Source: Tubulanus polymorphus | Lineage: Eukaryota > Animalia > Nemertea | Assembly (NCBI RefSeq): GCF_964204645.1 | Contig: NC_134025.1 | Coordinates: forward strand, 27,694,299-27,758,298 | DNA: 64,000 nucleotides | Direction of reading: 5' to 3' | Shown: positions 23,801 through 35,887 of the stretch, in pieces | Position numbering within the stretch: the first letter of the stretch is position 1 | Layout: every line of letters starts with the position of its first letter | The notes under the pieces: generated by a model | What the model was told of the DNA's origin: nothing | The model's database searches: none | The model's input: only the letters and a program-made list of their open reading frames with translations | Translations under genes and position numbers: made by a program

Positions 23801-26800
23801 TTAGTTGATGGGGTAGCTATATTTACTCGGTTTCCGATATGATCATCCGATAGGGCATGGAATTCACGAGATTTCTGATGTCCTTTTAGTGAAAGTTCAT
23901 TCATTTGTCTTCAAATTATACGAATGCTTACTATTGTCTTTATAGGGATTTTAAGGTAGAAAGAATATATACACGGATTTATTTGAAGTCCCGAAAGCAC
24001 CTAGAATTATTACATATAGGTACCTTCCTTTTAAAGGAAAATTGTGAAACTCACGAAGGTGTATATTTTGACATGATCTTGCCCTGATCTTTCTTATTAG
24101 ATACTGGCGTATCAATCGGCTAACCAATGATATACCGCCTACTGACTTGCAGATGAAGGACTATCAAATTAGGGAAGCAAAATTAGACCGTTCCGATCGG
24201 GCATGACCGTCCATATTGATTCATAGAATCCCGAGCAAACACAATGTAGATATCGCAAATTAATGTTTCCAAACATTGATTCACGTGATGAAATGTAGAA
24301 CAGGTTTTACATAAGATACAAAATAAATTATATTCTGACATTCTCATAGAGGAAGCGAGGATACGAGTGATATTTGAAAGTGTCCTGGTTGCGAAGTGTT
24401 TGAGATCCACTTGTACTAAGCAGCAAACATGATTAAGAATTCATTAGATTTTATTGTAGTTTTGTTTCAGTGCTATTCGCATGTCATTCAGTAATTCATA
24501 CGTTGTCGTAATTAGTTCAAAAAACATCTTAGACTAATGGATTGTTTGGTAAAAAAGTCATGATTTAATGATTGGCATCTAGTGATTAATTAGAAAACAT
24601 AATTGATAACTCAGATAATGATATGTTAGAATCATGTCACAGGTTTTTCCATGGAATAAAATCTGTAACTAAGAATATTACTTGACCTCTTCTACGTGGA
24701 CGTATGAAACACTCGACGTGTTCATAAACGTCCTATTATTAGATTGTTTCCTATTTTTGGATGTACGTACGAGTACTGAAATATTGATAGACCTCTCGTG
24801 GCTTATGAACCCTCGTCAGAGCTGTGTTTGATTCGGACATCGAAATGCTCCATATTTTGTGTAATTTATGTATTTCTTATGCCTTGTAGGTGTTGAAGCT
24901 CAAACGCTAACCGTATGGAGGCAAGCCGATCGATACAATATTCCTCGTATCGTGTATCTCAATAAGATGGACAAATTTCGAGCAAATTTCAACTTATGTT
25001 TAGACAGTATCGAGGATAAACTGAAAGTCGAAACGTTACCGCTACAGATTCCTATCGGCGTCGAGAAGTCGTTTGTCGGTTTGGTCGATCTCGTAACGAT
25101 GCAGAAATTCCAATGGAAACGAGATTCCGTTAAAGACGACGGTTCCGTTTACTTAAAAAAAGAACTATCGCAAAGCGACGGCGATATCTGGGAGGAAGCG
25201 CACGAAGCGCGTAACGCTCTAATCGAGAAACTCGCCGATTTAGATGAAAACATCGCCGACCTGGTTTTAAAAGACGTGAAATACGAAGACATCGCGAAGT
25301 TAGATATATACCAAGCGTTACGTCGTGTAACAGCGTCTCGAAGCGCTGTTCCCGTTCTTTGCGGTAGTTCGCTAAAAAACATAGGAGTTCAACCGCTACT
25401 GAATGCTATCACGTGGTTCCTGCCAAACCCCAACGAAGTCAAACACAACTTTCTGAAGTATTATCGAGACAATTTTTGCGCGATGGCGTTCAAGATTATA
25501 CACGATAAACAAAGAGGACCGTTGACTTTTCTGCGTGTCTATTCCGGTCGTATTAAATCTGGTGCTAATATCTATAATATCAATCGAGACTGTTCGGAGA
25601 AGACTACGCGATTGTGTCAAGCTCAAGCCGATGACTTCAAAGATATCAGTCAAGCATCCGCTGGAAACATAATTGTAGTGACTGGTTTAAAACAGGTCGG
25701 TATAAGAAATCAGTCGTGTCACGCTCGGTGATAGATGGTGTTGTAGTTTTAAATTCCGCTTTCAAAATCGAATTTTAGCGAATCAATTACAGAAATCGAT
25801 TTGAAATGCTCTTTCTTATCATTCTGAAGTGACTGTTTTCCGCGAACTTCAGGGATTGACATTTGATGTTCATCTTTACAGACTTTTGTCTTAAGAGATA
25901 GCATCCCGAGAATAGCCATTAAATGCTTCCTGTTTTGGATTACATTTGAATTTTTATGATATAAATGGTAACTTTCCATTTGCCATTTATGGTAACGCAT
26001 AATCAGTTATTGTCTGATCTTGTCTTCCTGCTCTATTTTGATGTAAATTTTCACAGAAATCCCGTAATCTGAGCGAAGATGATTTTAATCACTAAATCGC
26101 AGTTTTAGTAACTGTACTTCAGTGACATCGTCTCAGTACTGTATTGTATGGTTCTAAGAAAAGGAATATTTCAGTGGTACAAACAACATAACGCAAAGGT
26201 CACAGCTTTCTATTACTTGTTGATCTTACTTTCATTCAATATTTGACACAAATTTGCAAATATAATATACACAATGTAGTTATTACATATATAACATATT
26301 CAAATATCATCAATATCATTGTTTAACATGGACTCAAACATTGTTTTTTGGAGTTTATGACCAATTACGTTATTTGGAAGCTTTTATATTGTGTATTTGT
26401 CTGTTAGACATTAGTGTGCACTAGATTTAGTTATTTTTATTGAACTAGATGAAATGAGTTATCGTGTTTATTAGTATAACATATCTATTGGATTTCAGAA
26501 AATATCTGATAAGCGAGTTTTAATGTTCATGTATTCCGGAATTTTAGTTTCGGTGACTCATATCTACTAAACGGATCTTATTCCCTCGCTGTTTTGTTGA
26601 AAAACAACTCTTTTACCAAATATGACAGTTTTTGACTATCATCGCAGTCGCAGAAAGTCTGTATGTCTTTCGATGGATTTGGTTGAACCGCGCTGCGGGA
26701 CAGATTGAATCTCTGAGGAGAATCAATAATGATTTGTGATCATGCGGAATCTATATGACATCTTTTATGCAGTCTGTTCAACGGGGATCAATTTCGGGGG

Positions 26801-29800
26801 GTTGGTTCTGAAAACGGCTCTGTCGGGATATTATTGTGACCGTAAATCATCAATCATTCGACTGATATCAGGTCTCACTCAGGAAATCTAATCAACTGCG
26901 TAAAAAAACCAATAATCGAACATCAGCACCAAGAACCGCGCGGATGAAACTCTTTCAAAACTTGTATATTTTACGGAAGTGTTTCCTTCGTTTGAAGAAT
27001 TCAATCTAGATTAGTTTGTCATCGGTTTCTGAGTAGGTCGCATTCATCGTGAGAAAAAATAAGCGTAGAGTTCCCCGATCTATATTTAGATTGCTTTATT
27101 GGATTTTTCGTTGATTGTTTTATGTCAGGATTAGGAGGCTATTGTAGAGGATAATTGCCTGTTGAGATTTTACGCTTGTTGACTGTCAATTTTCTGATTC
27201 ATATCAGCTCTATTTTTTCGTCGTTCGTTGTTTATTCAGATTGTGGACCGGGTATCCCGTAATTCATATGACATCATATCCAATCTTGTCGGGATTTTTT
27301 TCCATCCTTTTTTACGTTTTATGCTTTTCTCACAATATATGACTTTCAGCGGAGTCTCTGAGTTACAGTTTTTCACATAAGCCTGTGATATATGGCTGGG
27401 TAATTTATATTAATGCTATTAAGGCCACGATTTATTCTTATTTTACACCACTCCAGCAACTTAAGTCAATATATTGAGTGTGGCAAAATTAAATTGGGAC
27501 TGGTGACTTATGACTGATTATTCAAAGCAGGATGTAAGTGAAGCCAACAAATATTTTATGTTGAACTTCAAACAATTGTTCAGCCTGTTTTTTCCTCTTC
27601 AAAACAGTAACAAGAACAAAAAATACATGCAGGTAAATTTTGTGGCATTCAGATTTAGCATCAAGCTTTAAAAACACCACAATACCTTATTATCATATTC
27701 TATGAATGATTTATGTTTGTAAATCTATATAGATTTCATAATTGGTATATAAAACCTGGTGCTTTTCAAATTCATATGAAATGTGCATAGAATATCAGAG
27801 ATAATAGTTGTTTTTTTTATTTAAAAAAGATGATAAATAGGCAAAACTGTTCTAACAACAGATAAAGGATAGGGGATGTGTGTATTAGAATATAGGGTAT
27901 AAGAATGCTATTCAGAAATATTCTTTTAGTAAATAAATAATTACTTGGGCTAGATTTATTAGATTTGTTGCCTAACTCACCGTTGACAAAACATCATATG
28001 AAAATGATGAATTTTTCTATGCAAAAAGTGAAAAACTTACTGTTATGTTTGGTGTTAATCCTGTCTACGAACAATTTTGGCAATTATATGTATGTTTCAC
28101 TTACCGGTATTTCACCCGTCACTATTTTCTGTGTTTATCCTCGTTTGTTTTCTGTCACGCTCTGTTTTTCGTTCACATTCAGTGTTTACTTTCTGTCACT
28201 GAGATATCGTACGTATGTCTCTACATTCTTTCGGTGTAGAGAATACGTCCCGTTGTTCATATGCCGGATGAATTCAGTCGAGAAATGACTTTTCCCCTCA
28301 TTCAGTCATTAGTTATTCGCATAATACCAGACGATTGTCCAATTTTCTTTTAGAATTTAATCTGTTAAATCTTTCGCGCTTCTCAGTTTGCACTTCCCTG
28401 ATTTTTTATAAGTAACGTTATTAGTTTCTCTGTATGCAGTAAGATTTTTTTCGTTGTGTCACTCCATGTGAATTGTAACATTCTGGTTAACTACAGCTGC
28501 GTGAGCGTGAGTGTGTGTGTGACAGTTTGCCTTGTAGTTAGTGCGCATGTCTCCCTTAGTCTTAATTAACCAAGCATTCACTGTCCATGCGTCAGTTCAG
28601 GCCAAACAGGATTCTGATACACGGGTTCTATCTTAAATGACGTTCACTATGTATTTGTTTGTCAAGCCAGTTTTAATTAATGCAATCGTATTAATATCCA
28701 TGAACACTATGAATATTTCATGCGGTACGCTAACTTGCCAATTTCTAAGTCTAAGTGTTCTTTTTTCATCTTATGAAATGAAGATTTTCAATTCAAGTCA
28801 CTAAGACTCGTACGTTAAATTATATGAAAAATTCGAATTTTGGCTTAAAGGCGCAGGTATATAGTAGTTCACACAAATAACTTGTAGAACGAAGTCGTAA
28901 ATACCAGAGTAATTGAAGCAAATCAGTCGACAATTTCGTTAAGCTATCCGTGTCAGCAGATTTATTAATTACGTAATTGTACAGTTTATAGTAACTGCTC
29001 GGTAAATAACACGCAAATTACGAGAAAAAAAAGTTTAACAGAGAATTATCTAATCGTATGAAATAAGTGAGATATATATATGTGTTTGTATCACGTACAT
29101 AGTAAAAAATACTGGACTCAAAATTCAAAATTTCTGATGATTACTGACATAATATCACCACATATAATTAACCATACAGATATATAAGTATTATTTCATT
29201 TAGTCACAATAGAAAATATGGCAAAACTAATTGAATGTATTATTGCTATTTTACAGACTGTCACTGGCGATACTATCGTATCATCTCAGAATGTTGCATC
29301 AATGGCGAAGAAAGAAGCTCTGAAAGATAATCTAAGTGACACGAGTAGCGATAGTAGTGATAGTAGTCATAGTGAGGAGGATTCCGATTCCGAAGATAGC
29401 GATCATGATTTTCTACCTATTTTGGCTACTATGGATATACCGGCTCCGGTTTTCTTCCGCGCAATTGAACCTCCATCGTTGAGTCAACAAAAACAGTTAG
29501 AACACGCGTTACAGTGCCTTCAACGAGAGGACCCGAGTTTTACCGTCACTAACGACACCGAATCCGGACAAACGATTATCGGCGGTATGGGAGAACTTCA
29601 TTTGGAGATAATTCAGGATCGAATTCGCAGCGAGTACCGAGTCGAGGCCGATCTCGGGCCGTTAATGATCTCGTATCGTGAAGCCCTCGTCGATGAAGTT
29701 AGTCAAAGTCTCACGATCGATAAAACAATCGGCGAAAAACATCACCGAGTGTCTTTGAAGATGTCCGTTCATCCTAGCGAAGGTGTCGGCGTTACAAAAT

Positions 29801-30570
29801 CGATAAGACTCATTCATACTAAAGACAATCAACTCGATGATATTAAACGGCATCATTTGAAAGCTATTGAAGCGGGGATGAGATCAGGTTTATCGCAAGG
29901 TAGATACCATCATCAACAATGCTCACACACGCAACTGTCCTTTGAATTGATCGTTACAGTAATAGCATCTTATTAAAAATTTATCAATGCTATTATTTCA
30001 GGGCCAAAACTATCCGCTCAAGTCATTGATGCTGAAGTTCGTCTGCATGAATTTTCTTATTCTTACGGAACGTCCCTTGCTATTATCTCGGCATGTGCCG
30101 CTGAATGCATTCAGAGAGCTCTCGGACAATCGGACAGCGTTCTATTACAACCTATGATGAAAATTGAGGTAAGAATTAAAAACCTCGAAATTAGAGGGTG
30201 AAACTTAATCTATGTCACGGCCAAACGTGTTTGAAATGATGATCATTTTATTGATTTTCACTCGTAGCTGTAATTAGTTTTAACTATTTATGAATGGTTG
30301 TTCCAGGTGAACACCGATGAGGATAGACTGCACACAGTACTCGGTGACCTGGCACAAAGACGTGGTCAAATACTCAATATACAGGCAAGACACGATGTTA
30401 GATCCATTAATGCGATAGTACGTTTAGAGGAAATGATGGGTTATTCTACTGTGCTTCGAACTATAACCTCCGGCACTGCTACGTTTTCTATGCATTTGGA
30501 CAGTTATGCTCCGATGTCGGCTTTGGAACAGAAAACCGTCATTCAAAAATTAACCGGCTACATCGAATGA
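14814..30570 (+). CDS. GFM2: Mitochondrial ribosome-releasing factor 2 (EF-G2mt), about 773 aa, 7 coding exons
   Basis: Exons 14814-15045, 15499-15627, 23142-23222, 24890-25695, 29257-29899, 30002-30168 and 30307-30570 join in frame. Motifs: [48 protein letters not shown] and [12 protein letters not shown] (GFM2-type C-terminus). The N-terminal extension is consistent with a mitochondrial presequence. Confidence 0.95.
16044..16943 (-). CDS. Intronless divergent TALE-class homeobox protein (299 aa), nested antisense in a GFM2 intron
   Basis: Homeodomain [49 protein letters not shown], with the TALE PYP loop. Acidic N-terminus. Minus-strand AATAAA at 15948-15953. Confidence 0.9.
   Translation of the reverse strand: MYDQQSSEYDMFFKEMEEFVNCIDYTASDSAYYSDETSLQLQSPQREEIIDCNQLPEVATSIEDLIKFNDELLEASTQLTSDNRTPSLNLDQPQCGYEFIDRQPQFDFTADYASTRLNALCDVPKFDLDFLDTSDYNEAIVDSKSVSLQVPPGEIFSQYSALQDCVEIPADFTSCAPSTVLGELKKSKVAKKKKRSSPLSEEAVETMSRWYHEHIENPYPTEIEKQYLAKTAGISVHQVKVWFSNKRCRSSNTSPFTQKRKLEERLVKLCQKLMNDGKRRKLDNVYVAEEIKKVLSRNT
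16983..17019 (-). promoter_or_regulatory. TATA box plus initiator of the TALE gene
   Basis: Minus-strand TATAAATA (17012-17019) lies about 33 nt upstream of TCAGTA (16983-16988), which is about 40 nt before the ATG. Confidence 0.6.
17489..17544. mobile_element. 56-bp Tc1/mariner-pogo-type miniature element
   Basis: Perfect 12-bp TIRs cagtggaacctc and gaggttccactg. The right flank is TA and the left flank is CA. Confidence 0.7.
17970..18330 (+). pseudogene. Decayed inverted copy of the TALE homeobox gene
   Basis: 18206-18328 reads, with frameshifts, [38 protein letters not shown], versus [41 protein letters not shown] in the intact gene. Colinear upstream matches: gcagctactcatctga, atgattttatagatcaagagcca and ttgaaatcccc. 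Confidence 0.85.
18929..20032 (-). CDS. Orphan rhodopsin-like (class A) GPCR, FMRFamide/peptide-receptor-like, nested antisense in a GFM2 intron
   Basis: Seven hydrophobic segments, TM1 GN, TM2 LAIFD, TM3 Cys, TM6 FLICNLP and N-terminal N-glycosylation sequons (NIS, NQT). Single coding exon with a splice acceptor at about 20073. Confidence 0.92.
   Translation of the reverse strand: MANISGNQTTSSSVSYVETEIADSLLIYGSAIIIILGTIGNILAIIVFSARPVSSKPTSILMRLLAIFDTLVLYTGLLRYWILATWKYDIRSYSLTTCLVHTYLLYVFVTISVWILVTVTIHRLIVVVVPLKAKTMLTMKSLFITMLALLIFSLTLNLHMLWTVEWHDRRCMPQKSFWWDHVWPKIDLCINALIPFVVLMLCNAVIIWKVHESAKKVTKSSSGVTTKSRLNSMTAMLISVNFVFLICNLPLTVYNLDIFKPNTDHQNAIDWLIWAILNLLMYTNNAANFYIYSISGPRFRGELISLFTCREDSKSTNPSLTDMSTKRNSSNKQHHQSNMNLVDNNYGSIKSGSVEGVDNSGICDTYM
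21162..21186. repeat. (TA)n microsatellite
   Basis: About 12 TA units. Confidence 0.95.
22363..22501. mobile_element. Degenerate MITE-like element
   Basis: Imperfect TIRs ggggtcagttgcacagttgtgacttaag and ctaagccatgactatgcatccgactc, with internal repeats of agactggtctta. Confidence 0.55.
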
Positions 30571-31153
30571 ACCAGCGTATGAAATTGATTGGTGATAATC
30601 AATCGTGACTTGAATATATCAGAAACCATAAATCTTCAAAGTACATTGCTGGTGAAGTAGATATAAATTATTACTGTGTAATAAATTGTTTCTAGATTAT
30701 TCTTATTTATGACAGTAATGATCCTTTGATTGCCGAGTGATAATATAGTCAATACTCCATCTATTGGGTTTTGCTGAAGTGATTCCTGCCTGATATTCGC
30801 ACATAAAAAACAAACGAGTAAACTTCATCAATAAATATTTTATTTTCAAATATACAGCTATGTATGTAAATACCATAAATAATAACTATACTGAAATTGC
30901 ACAGATTTTAATTAAGGCTGAAAATAAAACAAATGGAATCGAATGCATATTTTATCCATTGTTCATTAGACGGAGAGCCGTTTGGACCCATTTCGATGTA
31001 AAAACACAGCAAATGAAGTTTCGCAACATGTAAAATGATGCGTAAAAAGATTCGGCACTTTCTATGAAGCACAATAAGTTACGTCATACATGTATTTAAG
31101 AATCTAACTATATACCTAAACCAATACTAATCTTCTCTGAGTATGAATTGATA

Positions 31154-32383
31154 TCATTGATATTTGAGATATTGTATCAATCTAGGAGGTAGTGGCAATA
31201 CGTTTAGTGAAGCCCTCGTGTCTACTGCTTGTACGATACGACTGCGACACAATTTCTGTAAATCGAGTCGTCTCGGTAAATTTTCAGAACAGATTATATC
31301 ATTCCACTTACAGAAATTAGTGTGTTTACGTTTTCCGAGAATAACAACAGCCGTATCGCAATCAGTGAAAACTGGAGCTTGTAGAGGCGACTGACATACA
31401 CCGGTAACATCGGTCATTAAATGAAAATAATGTCGAATCAAATTGAAATTCTCAGAATTGAACATAAACAGTTGAATTTCTTGATGTAGATTATGATTAT
31501 TAGCTACCCAACAAGACACAACTATTATATCCCCAGTTTTCGAGTACCTAACATCGCATTGTTTTATATGGCAGTTTATTCGAGTATTATCGACTACATC
31601 TTCAGACGAAAATAACTTAACGAGACTGTGATCACGTTCTCGGACTACGATCTTTCCTCGTATATCGATCAACGCTAAACGACATTTCGAAGAATCATCT
31701 TTGATTAATGTAATCAATGTGCAGTCGTAATTATGCGGATCCATACATAAAGCCTGACGATCGAACTCTCTCATATCTCCCTGGTATAAATCGGGAATTT
31801 CGTATTGTTTACTGAAAGCTGCTTCCGGACTGTCGAGCTCGAAGTCGCTCGTAAGGAAAACCGTCGACCATTTATGCCGACTGAGTACAAGTCCGGGTAA
31901 TCTCAATAACACCGTCTCTTCGCTAGGAGACACGTGACATTCGACCGGTCCGATTAAATTGATAAATTTCTGCAAATCTCTTTTGAAATAATGGTGTAGA
32001 TTTTGTAAACATATGACCGTTTTGTATTTCAAGTTAACAAGAAAGAATTTAAGGTATTGCGATCCATTGGTGATATGCTGAATCATCAAAACTTCTCCAA
32101 ATACGCCGATAACAACAGGACACATTATCAGTCTCTCCTCGTAATATTCGGCCGGAAGCGCTATTCTTATTATATTCTTATACGATGCCAAAGAGATGAT
32201 TTCATTTTCACTTCTTTCCATACGTAGAGCATTTTTATGGCTATTTGTCGACAGCTCCGAGGACCATCGGAAATAACGTTTTCTCTGTAAGATCTGAAGG
32301 TACGGCCTCCCATCGCTGGTCAGTACTCCGGCTGTGTATACAGGCTCGTGCCATAGTTTTCCGATGCTCCGTTGATGCTCCAT
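31154..32383 (-). CDS. SOCS-box protein (409 aa) with an unrecognised beta-rich N-terminal region; putative Cullin-RING substrate receptor
   Basis: C-terminal LDLQKLCRSRI (BC box) and LNVLPLPPRLIQYL (Cul5 box-like). Single coding exon with an acceptor at about 32395. Confidence 0.88.
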   Translation of the reverse strand: MEHQRSIGKLWHEPVYTAGVLTSDGRPYLQILQRKRYFRWSSELSTNSHKNALRMERSENEIISLASYKNIIRIALPAEYYEERLIMCPVVIGVFGEVLMIQHITNGSQYLKFFLVNLKYKTVICLQNLHHYFKRDLQKFINLIGPVECHVSPSEETVLLRLPGLVLSRHKWSTVFLTSDFELDSPEAAFSKQYEIPDLYQGDMREFDRQALCMDPHNYDCTLITLIKDDSSKCRLALIDIRGKIVVRERDHSLVKLFSSEDVVDNTRINCHIKQCDVRYSKTGDIIVVSCWVANNHNLHQEIQLFMFNSENFNLIRHYFHLMTDVTGVCQSPLQAPVFTDCDTAVVILGKRKHTNFCKWNDIICSENLPRRLDLQKLCRSRIVQAVDTRASLNVLPLPPRLIQYLKYQ

Positions 32384-33967
32384 CTTTCAAGGACCTAAAA
32401 ATACAACCAAAGACAATTGATTAAAGTTTCGAGTTAATTCATCAAGCTTAAAATGTTGATTTAAAAAAAAATGTGAAGGCTTACGCCTTACTTCCATCTC
32501 AAATGCATAAAACCTTTTATTCAACAAATAATGCCCGGACAAAGTGTTAGTAAATCACACATGACGCGTGTCATATTACCTTAACCCATACTGGTATATG
32601 TAAAACAAGAACGTAATGTAATACACTAGCCTATTGCTAATCAAACCTTTCTGTGACAGCTGTGTATAAAAGAGTACATCAACAGTTTGTAAATGAGTAA
32701 TATATCAAGAGATTTTCTTTTTCCTGATTGATGATACATATGTACAATATATTGCAAAAAATCGATAGGATCTGATATGGAAGATATGCATCGTTTATGT
32801 CATCACTAATCACTAGGTTTATGTAAGAGAAATTTCAAAACCCAAAAATTCTTATTGAAACAACAGTATTATTTCAAATTCACAAACGATTTGAAGCTAT
32901 GTACAAAATATGTTACCATAAGTTATGTAGATGTGTCACAGTTATAACAACTGTTGAAAACATGACCTTAACTGCTGTTACCTTCATCAAATACTAATAA
33001 CTCGTAATTAATTCTAAACAGTGTTAAAGCCATAAATGACTGGATATTAAAACAATTGAAAGGATTTGCATACTTACAACAAGTTACGATTCAGAGATGC
33101 TTCGCCATGCCATGTATTCTAACAATGTGGTAATCTACCTTATATTGAGGACATCATAAATGCATTCAACTAGAAATAACAAAGAGAAAAGAGTCTGACT
33201 CACGAATATGTAATTTTCAAAAGAGTCATATTTTTGCGATGAATGACCGAGGAATGGGAATATATCAACAGATTTTTATATGCTGGAACTCTGGAAAACA
33301 GAGAAATAAAGGTGCGGTGATATTTAGTTTTAGATAACAGGTAGGCTTGATAATTTAACAACTTGGATTCTAACTTAAAAGCTATAGATATCATGTCTCC
33401 CAATTGAATATACTATAATACAATAAGGTGTATATGACATCTGCGACCAGACAATAACCCGCACCCTAAACCAGGTGTCTCCCAAATACAATGGATGCAT
33501 CCTTTGTTTAGAAGTGGGGTAATCGCCTCAGTGGGAAACCGTATTAGATTTTTTTCAAGACAAAAAGCGAACATAGTAGATTAGATAATTTCTGCAGCCT
33601 ATATGCTCGAACTCAACTTTCTCTAGGTATTCCATAGGACCAGGCTTAATTCAGATTTTGAGTGGATGCAGCTTAAAGTTAGTTCAACAAGTCACTGCAT
33701 GTTACCGAAACAACAAGAAGTAGGCCTTGGTGACCGCCACGCAGTCAAGCAAGACTTGTTGATTCTCGCAGCAACAAAAATGAAAGGACTGCAATGATGA
33801 CTGCAGAGACATGGAACTACAAACATTATCTCGCTATTTCTATCGTAGATGAATTAGCAGACAGAATTTGGCAGCAACTCGCCCACTGTGGGGATTCGAT
33901 ATATAGTCGGTCCACAGCAGGCTCCATCCACACCATCAGTCAGTCCCCTGGAATGGATGGATACTCT

Positions 33968-34027
33968 TAGTCTGAATACCAGTCGTTGTTCCGGTTGTTT
34001 GTGGAACGACGGCTAGGTACTAGACTA
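33968..34027. repeat. Short inverted-repeat element (tagtct...agacta), with a partial inverted copy at about 14327-14356
   Basis: tagtctgaataccagtcgttgttccggtt is the reverse complement of aaccgtaacaacgactggtattcagacta, with one mismatch. Confidence 0.7.
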
Positions 34028-34049
34028 GTAAGTTACCTCTAAAAAATCG

Positions 34050-34370
34050 TTGGTGGTAAGCTTTTTATAATCGGATGGGCTTGTTTGTGAAAATATCCGA
34101 TCGTGAAAGTAAACCACAGACAGGTTACTGACTCAGTGCCAGGCCCTGTGGTGTGTGGCCGTGGCCCAGGGCCCACAAATAATACCCCCAGCCTTCACCA
34201 AGAATCTTAGTGTCTGATGTACCACAGACACTAAGATGCGAACGACATTTTCTCGATACTTTTAGATCACTGCAGCTTTAAACCACCAGAAATCCAGTTT
34301 CACTAAACCGATTGTGAAAAATAAACTATCGTTACAAACCTCATACATTCAGTTTTCTTATTATTATATT
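34050..34370 (+). repeat. Diverged duplicate of GFM2 upstream and 5' segments
   Basis: 34050-34120 resembles 13285-13347 (ggtggaagcttttataatcggatgg). 34205-34370 resembles 14420-14572 (agtgtctga..tgtacca, aaaccaccagaaa, ttcagttttctt.ttattat). Confidence 0.75.
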
Positions 34371-35353
34371 CATTTGGAGGTTCATTCATCATAGTCCGTG
34401 CTTGATGCGATATAAATACAGAAATAGCAAAAATGACACCATTTTTTCACTTTGAAACTAGGCATTGTAACACTGTAGTTCGTTAGCAACAAGACAACTT
34501 GAGCGATGCGTGTCTCATCGCTAAACAGCGCATCATTTTTGTATCTTAAATTTAATCGTACTAAAATCAGATTTATCGTCAAAAAGTTATAATGAACAAA
34601 CGTAAGACATCATAAGGTTAGTGTAGATAGTTTATTCATCAAAATCGGTTGTTTATTTGCTGAGATATCGCAGTTTGAACACGGACAAAAAAGCCGACCA
34701 AATTCTGGTCGGCAACTGTACAGCGAATTTGAATGCACGCGTCTGGGTGGTTGGTTACACTAGGATCGTAGAGCGACGGAGATCACTGGTGGAGACAACC
34801 GCTGCCAGTGCTGGGTGAACCCCAGCCAGGCCCAGATTAATAATATATCTTGCATAGTGTTTCAATGAAAATAGCGAAAGTTTCATGCATACCAATCTTG
34901 TTGAATAGGCTATGGCTCTGATTGGATTCTGACCAAAAACTGCTGTTAACAAAAAAATTCTGAACACTCAGTAAACAAAATGGAATTGAATTGATTATTA
35001 ATGGTTTAGTTCGACACCAGGTGGTGCTTCAGTCGATTATTAGCTGGCCGCTATCTAAAACATTACGATAAGAACATTAAGTTTTCACCAGGTTTGTACA
35101 TAAAACATTACGGCCATTGCTTAAATGGTATACGGGTATTGTGAAGTCTTAACTGGGCATAGAACTTAAACTTTATTGAACTCTAAAATTTTACAATAAT
35201 GCATATAATACCGCGGCGCAGGCTTACAATTTGGCTAGGCCTATTTATTTCCCTCTCTTGCCATGGCTGCCAACAAGAAAAAAACAGGCAATCATTTCAT
35301 TTCATTCGATTCATTCATTCAGTTCATTCAACTTTCAGATTTTGAGGCCGAGA

Positions 35354-35887
35354 ATGAATCGGCTGTTTCAAAACCGAAGAAGTGGCGTCAGCCTCTTTTC
35401 ACAAGTCTTTAAAAATTTCAGGTACCGTACCAAACTTAAAAAGTTTAATTCTTCCTTTTTGTTTTATAATTTTCTTTAGCGTTCTTCATGATTATTGTAT
35501 TTCATTTCTTGCAGCACGACTAGTGTCAATCAGCACCTGATCAAATTAACAAGAGTTCGTGTAGTGGACAACAGCGCGATCGGCAAAGCAGCCGCTATTT
35601 CTGGCAAACCTGCCTACGTGATTCACGTTTATAATAAAACCGGCGTCGGAACGATCGGTGATAAGGTTTTAGTCGCTATTCAAGGACAAAAGAAACGCGG
35701 ATACATCGTCGGATGTAAACAGAAACAACGAGCGATGGTTCCGCGATTTGATTCGAACAATATCGTACTAATCGAGGACAATGGAACCCCGACTGGTACA
35801 CGTGTAACAGTTCCTCTACCTTCGATGCTTCGTTCGATGAAGGGCGATTTCACTAAAATACTCTCGTTAGCTACGACATTTGTTTGA
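35354..35887 (+). CDS. MRPL14: Mitochondrial ribosomal protein L14 (uL14m)
   Basis: Exons 35354-35421 and 35515-35887. Motifs TRVRVVDNS, GDKVLVAIQGQKKRG and PRFDSNNIVLIEDNGTPTGTR; basic presequence. Confidence 0.95.

Noticed and set aside
33790-33970. Short ORF (MTAETWNYKHYLAISIVDELADRIW...) vaguely like a hAT transposase fragment, plus a B-box-like tcgaatcccc on the minus strand
   Set aside because: Too short and too weak to assign; no tRNA cloverleaf could be built.
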